A program made the position numbers and the translations under genes. DNA of 64,000 bases from an uncultured Candidatus Saccharibacteria bacterium (lineage in GTDB: Bacteria > Patescibacteriota > Minisyncoccia > Phycocordibacterales > SBAW01), in contig CAYQPO010000001.1 of the NCBI GenBank assembly GCA_964420015.1, forward strand, positions 87,048 through 151,047, written 5' to 3'. Shown in pieces: positions 1 through 8,312 of the stretch; the first letter of the stretch is position 1, and each line of letters begins with the position of its first letter. The notes beneath the pieces were generated by a model. The model worked only from the letters and a program-made list of their open reading frames with translations. It was not told the DNA's origin and searched no databases.

Positions 1-507
1 CGAATCATAGCTCTGCTGCTCATACTGTTCGCCGATGTTGCGGCGGCGGCGGACAAAAAGGACGTCGACGAACTCATCCAGTTTGTAGTGAACAAAAAAC
101 AGCCCGGCATAAGATACATGCACTACCACGGCCGCGATTTCGTCAGCATTGCGGGCGTCACCTTTGACCACTACACAGCAGGAGGGATCGAGCGTGTTAC
201 AGTGGTCGTTCCCTACTTTGCCCCAAACGCACGCGGCGTTTTGGTACGAGTGCCTTGGTCAACACAAAAAGACGTGGTCATTATGCTCTCGAAGGTTCCT
301 TCAGACAAAACCGACTTCTACTCGAGTAGCGGTCCACGTTTAGTGATGACAGACGACAATAGCGACGGCACACTCGACCAATACGCCGTTGGTGATGCAG
401 CGACAGTTGAGATAGAGCAAAGTGACAAGAAGCCAAGCGCCGAGGAACAAACCTTTTACGATAAGACCATAGAGCGACTGCTCGCCCTCTATCGATCACT
501 CAACTGA
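1..507 (+). CDS. hypothetical exported protein (5'-partial; frame is open to the window start, N-terminus is hydrophobic)
   Basis: ORF 88..507 continues in frame to position 1 (…RIIALLLILFADVAAAADKK…). No recognisable motif. Confidence 0.4.
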   Translation, partial: RIIALLLILFADVAAAADKKDVDELIQFVVNKKQPGIRYMHYHGRDFVSIAGVTFDHYTAGGIERVTVVVPYFAPNARGVLVRVPWSTQKDVVIMLSKVPSDKTDFYSSSGPRLVMTDDNSDGTLDQYAVGDAATVEIEQSDKKPSAEEQTFYDKTIERLLALYRSLN

Positions 508-563
508 AGTTGAACGCCGCGCAACAGGAGTTACGCGGCAATTTTTTATCCCACCAACCGCAA

Positions 564-580
564 CAAAGGTCAGACCTATG
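564..580. repeat. REP-like palindrome CAAAGGTCAGACCTaTG (one mismatch; overlaps the RAYT stop codon), preceded by CCACCAAC
   Basis: Read directly from the sequence. Same core as the copies at 1064, 1270 and 54220. Confidence 0.6.
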
Positions 581-1256
581 CAACAACAGTTTTGAAAGAA
601 GTCAAAAGTTCTTCCAAATCATTCTGGTTTTTTAAAAATTCTGGCGTCTCTTCGTATGCGATCACTGCCCGTTCGGGTCTAGGTCCGATTGAGTAGTCGT
701 AAAAACTGGAATACGGGTAGTTAGATAGAAAACTTCGAGCAGCGTCGTGACGCGTGATGCCCTCTTTCTCCCAGCCAGGAAATCGTATAGAGAGTGCATT
801 GAGATGAACGTACGCAAAAATATACCTGAAATAAGCCTCATTGCCGACGAGCCGGCTTTTAAATGCCCCTTGTGCCAAAATCCCGCTGTGGTTATACAAA
901 AGATTAAAGTACATGGAATACGCCGTGAGAACTTTTCGCGTAAATTTAGTTATTCCATTTTTACTTTTTTGCCTAACAATAAGATGGAAGTGATTGGGCA
1001 TAAGAGCATAGGCAAATAAATCTACTAAAGATTTTGTCGGCTTTTCTTCCAAAAATATCGTGGCAAAGGTCTGACCTTTGTATTTTCGCAATAAGTCACG
1101 CAGATTTATGGGCTCTTCTGTATTCGCCAAATGAAGTAAAAGCATAAAACGCCGGTGATCAGCGTCGGTTTTAAAAATTTCTTGCTTATGAGCTCCACGG
1201 TTAAAAAGATGGTAGACCTCACCATCTACAAAAGGGGCATCTCTGAGCATTTCCAA
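576..1256 (-). CDS. REP-associated tyrosine transposase / IS200-like HUH transposase (COG1943-like)
   Basis: HUH motif LMPNHFHLIV. Overall similarity to the transposase IS200-like fold (…RRFMLLL…AYALMPNHFHL…YVHLN…). Flanked by REP palindromes. Confidence 0.7.
   Translation of the reverse strand: MEMLRDAPFVDGEVYHLFNRGAHKQEIFKTDADHRRFMLLLHLANTEEPINLRDLLRKYKGQTFATIFLEEKPTKSLVDLFAYALMPNHFHLIVRQKSKNGITKFTRKVLTAYSMYFNLLYNHSGILAQGAFKSRLVGNEAYFRYIFAYVHLNALSIRFPGWEKEGITRHDAARSFLSNYPYSSFYDYSIGPRPERAVIAYEETPEFLKNQNDLEELLTSFKTVVA
1064..1080. repeat. REP palindrome CAAAGGTCTGACCTTTG embedded in-frame in the RAYT gene (encodes …YKGQTFA…)
   Basis: Perfect 17-bp palindrome, identical to the copy at 1270..1286. 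Confidence 0.65.
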
Positions 1257-1269
1257 ATAGTACCACCAA

Positions 1270-1286
1270 CAAAGGTCTGACCTTTG
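1270..1286. repeat. REP palindrome CAAAGGTCTGACCTTTG 14 bp upstream of the RAYT start, preceded by CCACCAAC
   Basis: Perfect palindrome. Confidence 0.65.
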
Positions 1287-2378
1287 TCATCCTACTAAGC
1301 GGGCGATGTCGTGGGCGGTCACAAAGACCATCAGTACAATAAGGAGCGCCAAGCCCGCAAGCGAGAGCATATTGACCAACCGCACCGAAACTGGTCGACG
1401 CAATAAGCCTTCGATGCCGATGATCAGCAGTCGACCGCCATCGAGCCCAGGAATCGGCAAGATGTTGATGACTGCCAAGTTGATCGAGATCAGTGCTACC
1501 AAAAACGCCCCTTCAGAAAAGCCTTGTTTGACCGCCGACGCCCCTACCGAAGCAATCCCCACCGGCCCAGAGACCCCGCCAAGCCCGTGGCCTTGCACCA
1601 AGCCGCCCAAAAATACACCCAGACCCTGCACGGTGCCCACAACTAAGTCTTTTGCGGTGGCCGCTCCCTCTAGCAGCGCAAGGTGGATTGGTAATTTCAA
1701 AATACCTACATCGCCGAGTTCAACCCCTATTGCCTTACGCCCGTCGACCAACCCCTCGACTCCTTTGGCAAGAAAAGTTTTTTCATCCCCGTTTCGCAAG
1801 ACGGTGATGATCACGCTCTCGTCTTGATGCGCTGTAATAAAATTACGCACCACGTCTGCCTGTCGACTGTTGTTAAGAGTGCGCACATCGAGTTGTGCAT
1901 CTGCCGTTTGGAGCTTTTCCACCACATCACCGGGGGCGAAGCCCGCCGCCTCGGCGGGCGAGCCGGGCAACACACCCACGATTGTGGGGCGGGCATTGGT
2001 CACCGGGCCAAGGCCCTGATAGTCGGCCGAAGTGGGCACGCCGACCATATAGGCCGCGCTCAAAATGAGCCAGCCCACGAGGAGGTTCACCACCACTCCG
2101 GCAGCAATCACCGCAGCTTGAGTCCAACGACTCTTTTGGCTCATGCTTCTTGGGCCGGCCTCTACAGCATCTTCGCCAAAGATTTTTACATAGCCGCCTA
2201 CAAGCAGCAGGTTAAACGAGTAGAGGGTCTCCCCTACCCGCACACTAAGGAGCCTCGGCGGAAATCCGATCGAAAATTCATCAACCCGTATACCGGCGAG
2301 CTTGGCCGCAACAAAGTGCCCCAACTCGTGTACGAGTATCAAGGCAATCAAGCAAACAATAAAAATCAGCAGCGACAT
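1287..2378 (-). CDS. rseP: RIP site-2 zinc metalloprotease (M50) with PDZ domain
   Basis: HELGH zinc motif near the N-terminus. Multi-TM with a PDZ-like middle region. C-terminal LDGG motif. Confidence 0.85.
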   Translation of the reverse strand: MSLLIFIVCLIALILVHELGHFVAAKLAGIRVDEFSIGFPPRLLSVRVGETLYSFNLLLVGGYVKIFGEDAVEAGPRSMSQKSRWTQAAVIAAGVVVNLLVGWLILSAAYMVGVPTSADYQGLGPVTNARPTIVGVLPGSPAEAAGFAPGDVVEKLQTADAQLDVRTLNNSRQADVVRNFITAHQDESVIITVLRNGDEKTFLAKGVEGLVDGRKAIGVELGDVGILKLPIHLALLEGAATAKDLVVGTVQGLGVFLGGLVQGHGLGGVSGPVGIASVGASAVKQGFSEGAFLVALISINLAVINILPIPGLDGGRLLIIGIEGLLRRPVSVRLVNMLSLAGLALLIVLMVFVTAHDIARLVG

Positions 2379-2929
2379 TAGCTTGAGATTTCACGCTCTT
2401 TACGCTCAAGCATCGCCTCGAAATTTTTGTTAGTGGCGTCGACGCGCTTTTGCATCTCGTCTTTGGCACGAAACTTGTCGTCCTCGGTCATCTTTTTATC
2501 CTTTTCTTGTTTTTGGATATCACTCCACACCTCATCACGCGCACCGCGCAGTGCCGTACGCACCTCCTCCATCCGCTCTTTGGCAATTCTGAGCAATTTT
2601 TGTCGCGTCTCGCCGGTTAACTCAGGAAAGATGACCCGGACCCCGCCCTCGCCCGCCGAGACCGACACCCCAAGATTAGCCACCGTAATCGCCTTCTCAA
2701 TTTCTTTAGCCATCGCAGCGTCCCACGGAGCGATCTTGATAGAGCGCGTGTCCTCGACCGCTACGGTAGCCACTTGGTTGACTGGTACGCGGGTGCCATA
2801 GCTCTCGACCATTATCCCGTCTAAAATCGCCGGCGCGGCTCTGCCGGTGCGGATCGCACCCATCTCTTTTTGTGCACGCTCCTCGAGCTCCTTCAACCGC
2901 TTCTCAAACGGCTTAAAATCATATGCCAT
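2378..2929 (-). CDS. frr: ribosome recycling factor
   Basis: ~184 aa, charged coiled-coil, RRF-like sequence (…VESYGTRVPVNQVATV…IFPELTGETRQKL…). Start taken at MAYDFKPF. Confidence 0.8.
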   Translation of the reverse strand: MAYDFKPFEKRLKELEERAQKEMGAIRTGRAAPAILDGIMVESYGTRVPVNQVATVAVEDTRSIKIAPWDAAMAKEIEKAITVANLGVSVSAGEGGVRVIFPELTGETRQKLLRIAKERMEEVRTALRGARDEVWSDIQKQEKDKKMTEDDKFRAKDEMQKRVDATNKNFEAMLERKEREISS

Positions 2930-2975
2930 AGGTACAAAACAGTATACCAAACCTCATCCTTGCCGCTGGATTTTG

Positions 2976-3638
2976 CTATACCCGAAATTTTTTGGCGGCT
3001 TTGGGATAAATTTTAACCAGCGGATCTTTGGTCGTGTCGTATATGCGCGCGGGGGCCAGGTAGCGGCCGTAGTGGATCACCCGGTGGGTAAAGGTGCCCC
3101 ACTCACGCTCGGGCAGAAGCTCCATTAAATCTTTTTCGATCCTGACTGGATCTTTAAAATCAGAAAGGTCATACCGCTGCACAAACCTAATCACGTGTGT
3201 ATCAACCGTGATGCCGGCAGTAATACCATAGGCCTCTTTGAGCACCACGGTGGCGGTTTTGCGCGCAACGCCAGGCAGCTTCAGCATCTCCTCGATTGTT
3301 TTAGGCACCTTGCCGCCGAACTCATTTTCAACCATCTTTGCAGCAGCCAAAATGTTTTTGGTTTTGTTTTGATAAAAGCCCGAAGACTTTATGTCTTCCG
3401 CAAACTCTGCTGGGTTGGCGTGCACGTAGTCGTTGAGTGTTTTGTATTTTTTAAACAATTTCTCGGTAATTTTGTTGACCATTTTGTCGGTACACTGAGC
3501 CGAGAGCTGTACCGCGACCATCAGTTGCCACGGTGTTTTGTAGTTGAGCTCAATTTCGGCTCTTGGAAAAAGCTTTTTGAGCGCACGGTCGAGCTTTTGG
3601 ATTCGCCCTTTGCGCTCTCCTAGTTTTTTGGGCGTCAT
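2976..3638 (-). CDS. nth: endonuclease III-like HhH-GPD DNA glycosylase
   Basis: HhH-GPD signature (…LKLPGVARKTATVVL…VDTHVIRF…). No obvious 4Fe-4S cysteine cluster. Confidence 0.65.
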   Translation of the reverse strand: MTPKKLGERKGRIQKLDRALKKLFPRAEIELNYKTPWQLMVAVQLSAQCTDKMVNKITEKLFKKYKTLNDYVHANPAEFAEDIKSSGFYQNKTKNILAAAKMVENEFGGKVPKTIEEMLKLPGVARKTATVVLKEAYGITAGITVDTHVIRFVQRYDLSDFKDPVRIEKDLMELLPEREWGTFTHRVIHYGRYLAPARIYDTTKDPLVKIYPKAAKKFRV

Positions 3639-4234
3639 GCGGTTGGGAGCGAAAGGGCCAAATGCTCGAGCAACAGCTTAATGCTCGGAGAGCGGTCGGC
3701 TAGATAACCGCGCACCATGGCTAGGTCTTCAAGTGCTTGGGTGTTTTTCTTGACATTGGTGGCTAGGGCAGCCTCCAAGCCGTTGACCAAATCGAGCGTG
3801 CGTTCACGAAGAGCTTCCTCGTCTTTTATGAACTTTGTAATGAAGTCACTTCGTTGCTTTTGGTTTAATTTTAAAAATTGGAAGCTTTTTTCGGATTTCG
3901 GATTTCGGATGTCGGGTTTTTCATACGGCAACATCCGCGACTTGAGCGTCGGCAGCAATGCCCCATGGGGCACCAACACCACAAAGGTCGTCCCCGCCTG
4001 CGGCTCTTCGAACAATTTCAACAATGCTTGTTGCGCCTCAGTAGTAATAGAAGACGCCCCAATAAAAAACAAAGCCTCATTAAAATTTTTGAGCCCCGCG
4101 AGCGCGATGAGCGCTCGCGCCTCGTCTATCCCAAAGCGTTCATGGCGCTCGGCCACAAACGGCTTGAGTGCAGCCTTAAGCGCGTCAAATTCGCCCAAAC
4201 TCCCCTCGTAATAATACGTATGATGCGTGAGCAT
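3635..4234 (-). CDS. holB: DNA polymerase III delta'-like clamp-loader subunit (short form)
   Basis: LLKLFEEP…TTFVVLV…LPTLKSRM resembles the delta'/gamma-tau 'LLKTLEEPP…TIxSRC' region. Confidence 0.5.
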   Translation of the reverse strand: MLTHHTYYYEGSLGEFDALKAALKPFVAERHERFGIDEARALIALAGLKNFNEALFFIGASSITTEAQQALLKLFEEPQAGTTFVVLVPHGALLPTLKSRMLPYEKPDIRNPKSEKSFQFLKLNQKQRSDFITKFIKDEEALRERTLDLVNGLEAALATNVKKNTQALEDLAMVRGYLADRSPSIKLLLEHLALSLPTA

Positions 4235-4243
4235 GGCTCTATT

Positions 4244-5257
4244 TTAGCGCTTGGCAACGATCGCTTTTTTGTAGGTGTCGAGATGATCGAGCGCAATACC
4301 CGAGCCCTTAGCCACGCAATAGAGCGCGTCTTCGGCCACTTGAGCCTTGACCCCGGTGCGGCGCAGCACTAACTCGGCAAAGTTGCGCAAGAGTGCGGTA
4401 CCCCCAGTCATGGTTATTCCGTTGTCGATAATATCGGCCGCGAGCTCGGGCGGTGTGTCTTGGAGCACGTCGCGGATGGCCTTGATCATCTCGCGGAGCT
4501 CTTTGCCCATTGCTTTAACAATATCGTTGGTCCGGAGCTCTGCCGAGCGCGGTAACCCCGTGATAAAATCGCGGCCGCGCACCACCATAAGTAACTCTTC
4601 TTGCACCGGTACCGCAGAGCCGATACCGATCTTGACGTCTTCGGCAGTCTTGTCGCCAATAGCCAAGTTGTAAGTCTTTTTAATATAGTCGGCAATCGCG
4701 TGGTCGAGTTTGTCGCCAGCGCACTTGACGCTCGTCGAGGAGACTATTCCCCCGAGGCTGATCACTGCCACATCGATGGTGCCACCGCCAATGTCGACCA
4801 CCATGTGCCCGCGCGCCTCTTGGATAGGGATCCCCGCGCCGATCGCCGCGAGCACCGACTCTTTTACCACATACGCATTCTTGGCCCCCGCGCGGATCGC
4901 AGCCTCAACGACCGCGCGCCGTTCAGTCGAGGTTACGCCGGTGGGTACACTCACCATTACATCTGGTTTAAACAATTGCCAGCGACCAACAGCCTTGCGG
5001 ATAAAGTAGCGCAACATCGCCTGCGTCACGCGGTAGTCGGCGATCACCCCGTCGCGCATGGGGCGGTAGGCCACGATCTCGCCAGGCGTGCGCCCGATCA
5101 TCTCTTTGGCCTCGGCGCCTACGGCCAAGATGCGCTTATCAATTTCAGAGATAGCAACCACACTTGGCTCGTTTAAAACCACCCCCTTGCCCGGCACAAA
5201 CACCAGCGTGTTTGCGGTCCCGAGGTCTATGCCTAATTTGGGGGTCAAGAGTGCCAT
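4244..5257 (-). CDS. mreB: rod-shape determining actin-like protein MreB
   Basis: IDLGTANTLV, NEPSVVA and DIGGGT motifs. 337 aa. Confidence 0.9.
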   Translation of the reverse strand: MALLTPKLGIDLGTANTLVFVPGKGVVLNEPSVVAISEIDKRILAVGAEAKEMIGRTPGEIVAYRPMRDGVIADYRVTQAMLRYFIRKAVGRWQLFKPDVMVSVPTGVTSTERRAVVEAAIRAGAKNAYVVKESVLAAIGAGIPIQEARGHMVVDIGGGTIDVAVISLGGIVSSTSVKCAGDKLDHAIADYIKKTYNLAIGDKTAEDVKIGIGSAVPVQEELLMVVRGRDFITGLPRSAELRTNDIVKAMGKELREMIKAIRDVLQDTPPELAADIIDNGITMTGGTALLRNFAELVLRRTGVKAQVAEDALYCVAKGSGIALDHLDTYKKAIVAKR

Positions 5258-5296
5258 CGCTCTGGCATTGTACCCCTCTAAAACTTCGAGGACAAA

Positions 5297-5578
5297 TTAG
5301 GCCTCTTTTTGATGATTTTTAGGGTTGATCTCCCACCAAAACTTTTTAGAAAAGTCTTTGGCATCGTCGCAGACGCGTTTGAGGTAGTAAATGTCCTGCG
5401 TCGGCATTGCGCTCATGAGCCTTGCCATTCGCGCGATGGTGAGTGGCGGGTAATCATCTTTAATGCGGCCGGGGTTGAGCCGCTCGATGAAGTATTTCAT
5501 CAATTCGCCGCGCTCGGTCTGCTTGTCTTGCTTAGAGCGCTTGGAGGGCTCGCGCATATGTTTGCCTATATGCTCCAT
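5297..5578 (-). CDS. hypothetical small protein
   Basis: 93-aa ORF divergent from def. No motif recognised. Confidence 0.35.
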   Translation of the reverse strand: MEHIGKHMREPSKRSKQDKQTERGELMKYFIERLNPGRIKDDYPPLTIARMARLMSAMPTQDIYYLKRVCDDAKDFSKKFWWEINPKNHQKEA

Positions 5579-6158
5579 GCGCCGATTGTACTATATTGAG
5601 TGTGTGAAGGACCCAGTCGTACAAGTTGGCGACCCTGTACTACGCGCAAAGGCCTCGCCCGTATCTAAAAAAGATATCGGCTCGCGCAAGTTGCAGGCGG
5701 TGATCAAAAAAATGAGCGCAACACTAAAAAACGAAGGATTTGGCGTTGCCATCGCCGCGCCCCAGATCGGCGAGTCTATCCGCGTCTTCGTGGTCTTGGG
5801 GAAAGTCTTTCAGCCAGAAGAGGACGATGAAGCCAGCTCGCAGCCTCCACCACCCGACCGTGTGTTTATCAACCCCGAGCTTTTGCGTGTCTCCAAAAGT
5901 AAAAAAGAAATGACCGAAGGGTGCCTCAGTGTGCGGCACAAATATGGCTCGGTGATGCGCCACGAAAAGGCATCGGTGCGTGCATGGAACGAAAAGGGTG
6001 AGGAGTTTGTCTACCACGGCGCAGGGTTGATCGGACAGATCTTTCAGCACGAAATCGACCATCTCAACGGCATACTCTATATAGACAAAGCGGTCGCGGT
6101 AGCCGACGACAAAGACTGGGAAGAACTGCGCGAAAAGCGTGCCAAAAAGCATGCCTAA
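5577..6158 (+). CDS. def: peptide deformylase
   Basis: GVAIAAPQIG, EGCLS and HEIDHL motifs. The start could be ATG 5577 or GTG 5604. Confidence 0.85.
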   Translation: MRRLYYIECVKDPVVQVGDPVLRAKASPVSKKDIGSRKLQAVIKKMSATLKNEGFGVAIAAPQIGESIRVFVVLGKVFQPEEDDEASSQPPPPDRVFINPELLRVSKSKKEMTEGCLSVRHKYGSVMRHEKASVRAWNEKGEEFVYHGAGLIGQIFQHEIDHLNGILYIDKAVAVADDKDWEELREKRAKKHA

Positions 6159-6903
6159 TCCCCTTTTTGCGTTTTTTGGGAGCTCGGTCGACTCGCAGTT
6201 TGCACTCGACCAGCTTGAGCGCGTGGGGCTGAAACCCGCGCTCATCGTGCGCGACAAAAACTTTCCCGACGAGTTGTTTAACACCGAATGGGATTTCTTT
6301 TTGGTAGCTTCGTTTGGCAAAATTTTGCCCAAAAAAATCCTCGACTTACCCAAACACGGTTGTCTCAACATCCACCCTTCACTTTTGCCAAAGTTTCGCG
6401 GGCCTTCGCCGTATGTTTCGGCGATTTTGGCCAACGAGCGCACAACGGGGGTGAGCTTGATGCTCATGCAAGAAAAGATGGACGCCGGGCCGATCCTGGC
6501 ACAAGCAAAAATAGAACTCGAAGAGAGCGAGTGGCCGCCCAAAGGTTTGGTCTTGAGCGAAATGCTCTTTACTGAAGGGGTGAACTTACTTATCGAGGCA
6601 CTCCCCCTGCTTCTGGAGGGGAAACTCTCACCCCAAACACAAGACGAAAGCCAGGCAACCTATACTAAAAAATTTAGCGATACCGACGCATTGCTTGATC
6701 TAGACGACAACGCTCGGCAAAACTTACTCAAGATCCGTGCGTTCGACAAAAACCCACGCGCACACTTTATAACCAGCACGGGCAAGCGCGTGGTGGTAAC
6801 CGACGCGACGATACACCACGACAAACTTGAGATCCTAAAAGTAATACCCGAGGGCAAAAAAGAAATGCTCTACGCAGAGTATCTGCGCGGCGTTAGGGCT
6901 TAG
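6139..6903 (+). CDS. fmt: methionyl-tRNA formyltransferase
   Basis: HPSLLPKFRG followed by GVSLMLM…MDAGPIL. Forms a def-fmt operon. Confidence 0.8.
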   Translation: MPKSMPNPLFAFFGSSVDSQFALDQLERVGLKPALIVRDKNFPDELFNTEWDFFLVASFGKILPKKILDLPKHGCLNIHPSLLPKFRGPSPYVSAILANERTTGVSLMLMQEKMDAGPILAQAKIELEESEWPPKGLVLSEMLFTEGVNLLIEALPLLLEGKLSPQTQDESQATYTKKFSDTDALLDLDDNARQNLLKIRAFDKNPRAHFITSTGKRVVVTDATIHHDKLEILKVIPEGKKEMLYAEYLRGVRA

Positions 6904-7258
6904 AACGCCACCCGCGCAAGTAGTCTTTGAGGCGCGCGGCGCTCTTGCGCACGAGGTGCAGCTGTTTCTTTTTGCTGCGGGAAAGCTCGGCTTGCAGCTC
7001 GCCTATCGCCAAGTCGACCGACTCATGCAAGACCGCGCCCCACCGCTCGACGCGATACACCTCGCCCCGTGCTTCAACCGTAAACTCAGTGCGAAACTTG
7101 CCGCTGCGGCCCTCGGGCAAATACTGCACTTCGACATCAACGTGCGCGGTCGGGTCGTCTTGTAAAAACTTTTCAGCGTGCGCCAAGCGTTTTTCGATGT
7201 ATGAGCGGATTTCGTTGCTCATCTCAAGCCCTGTGCTTTTAATGTTGTAGTTGAGCAT
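6893..7258 (-). CDS. hpf: ribosome hibernation promoting factor / ribosome-associated inhibitor (short HPF)
   Basis: MLNYNIKSTGLEMS…IEKRL… is typical of YfiA/HPF. Start taken at MLNY. Confidence 0.7.
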   Translation of the reverse strand: MLNYNIKSTGLEMSNEIRSYIEKRLAHAEKFLQDDPTAHVDVEVQYLPEGRSGKFRTEFTVEARGEVYRVERWGAVLHESVDLAIGELQAELSRSKKKQLHLVRKSAARLKDYLRGWRSKP

Positions 7259-7279
7259 ACATTGCAAAGTATAGCAGCC

Positions 7280-7846
7280 CTAAAAATAGAGCCGGTACTC
7301 AAATGCATGGTTACCTAGGACGTAGACCCGCACCGAGGAATCTGCGAGCCCCCAATAGCGCATCCACTCACCAAAAAATCCTTGAAAGTGCTCAGGTGCG
7401 TAGTCACAGTTTTGGATAGTGATTATAATATTGTCCCGACCACGGCGAGCGCTAAAGTCGCTGTGATTAAATACTGCACGCGCGATTGAGCCCGCGTTGC
7501 GTATGAGCGTATGAAAGCCCTCGCGCGTATGCGGCAAAGAATTAAGGAGTGTTGCACCGAGAGTCGTCTGGGTAAAATTCTTAAAATGCAGCGCGCCCGC
7601 AGCCTCGGCGCGGGCAGCGCCTTGCAGACCATGACCTTCCTCGAGCAGGTCAAGTACGAGCTCGATCAAGCGCACCTCCTCGCACACGGGCACTTCTTGC
7701 AAAGCCCCAAACCTAAGTGGCGCTCCAAAGCGGCGCTCGAGCTCTCGTAGCGCCTCTTCGCCTTTGCGCCTGCGCAGGACGCTGAGATGGCTGTTTACAA
7801 ATACGCCCTTGATGGTCGCTTGCTTGCGTCGCAACATCGTAAGCAT
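7280..7846 (-). CDS. hypothetical protein
   Basis: 188-aa ORF with host-like GC. No motif recognised. Confidence 0.4.
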   Translation of the reverse strand: MLTMLRRKQATIKGVFVNSHLSVLRRRKGEEALRELERRFGAPLRFGALQEVPVCEEVRLIELVLDLLEEGHGLQGAARAEAAGALHFKNFTQTTLGATLLNSLPHTREGFHTLIRNAGSIARAVFNHSDFSARRGRDNIIITIQNCDYAPEHFQGFFGEWMRYWGLADSSVRVYVLGNHAFEYRLYF

Positions 7847-8240
7847 CGTGCCTACCTTATCCCATCAAAGCTAAACGGTTTATGAATTTTAGAAAAGAGC
7901 AGGCGGCCTTTTGGGCCGCCTGTGTCTCACCAACTAGGACGAGCTAACTTGCCGGCGCAACGCCGTTGTTGGGCGTCTTCGGCGTCTCGGAGGGCCGCTC
8001 GGTTTTGGCGGCATTCGCGACCAGCTGCTTTGCCGCAGCGGCGAGCAATTCCGGGTAGGAGCGGTGAGCCGGCTTGGTTTGGCCGACCTCGGCCAAGATA
8101 AGAATTTGTGTCATTCAACTCCCCGTGATTATATCCCGCTGCACGAATGCGCAGCGTTCTGCCAGATATACTACCATAAACCCAAAAAAACGGCTATAAT
8201 CCTTGCGTCCGACATATAGTCTGATAAAAGTTCGACATAT

Positions 8241-8312
8241 TCCTCGGTAGCTCAATGGTAGAGCAGCTCCCTGTTAAGGAGTTGGTTGTAGGTTCGAGTC
8301 CTACCCGAGGAG
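8241..8312 (+). tRNA. tRNA-Asn (anticodon GTT)
   Basis: 72-nt cloverleaf. Acceptor TCCTCGG/CCGAGGA. D-stem GCTC/GAGC. Anticodon loop CTGTTAA. T-loop TTCGAGT. No encoded CCA. Confidence 0.85.

Noticed and set aside
1306-2381. Plus-strand ORFs (173 and 185 aa) overlapping rseP
   Set aside because: Antisense shadow ORFs of a well-supported M50 protease gene. Pro/Ser/Thr-rich translation typical of GC-rich antisense frames.
7927-8118. 63-aa TTG-start ORF and an alternative 57-aa ATG ORF (8115..7945) between the 7280 gene and tRNA-Asn
   Set aside because: Two competing frames, neither with motifs or a convincing RBS. Likely promoter or leader region of the tRNA.
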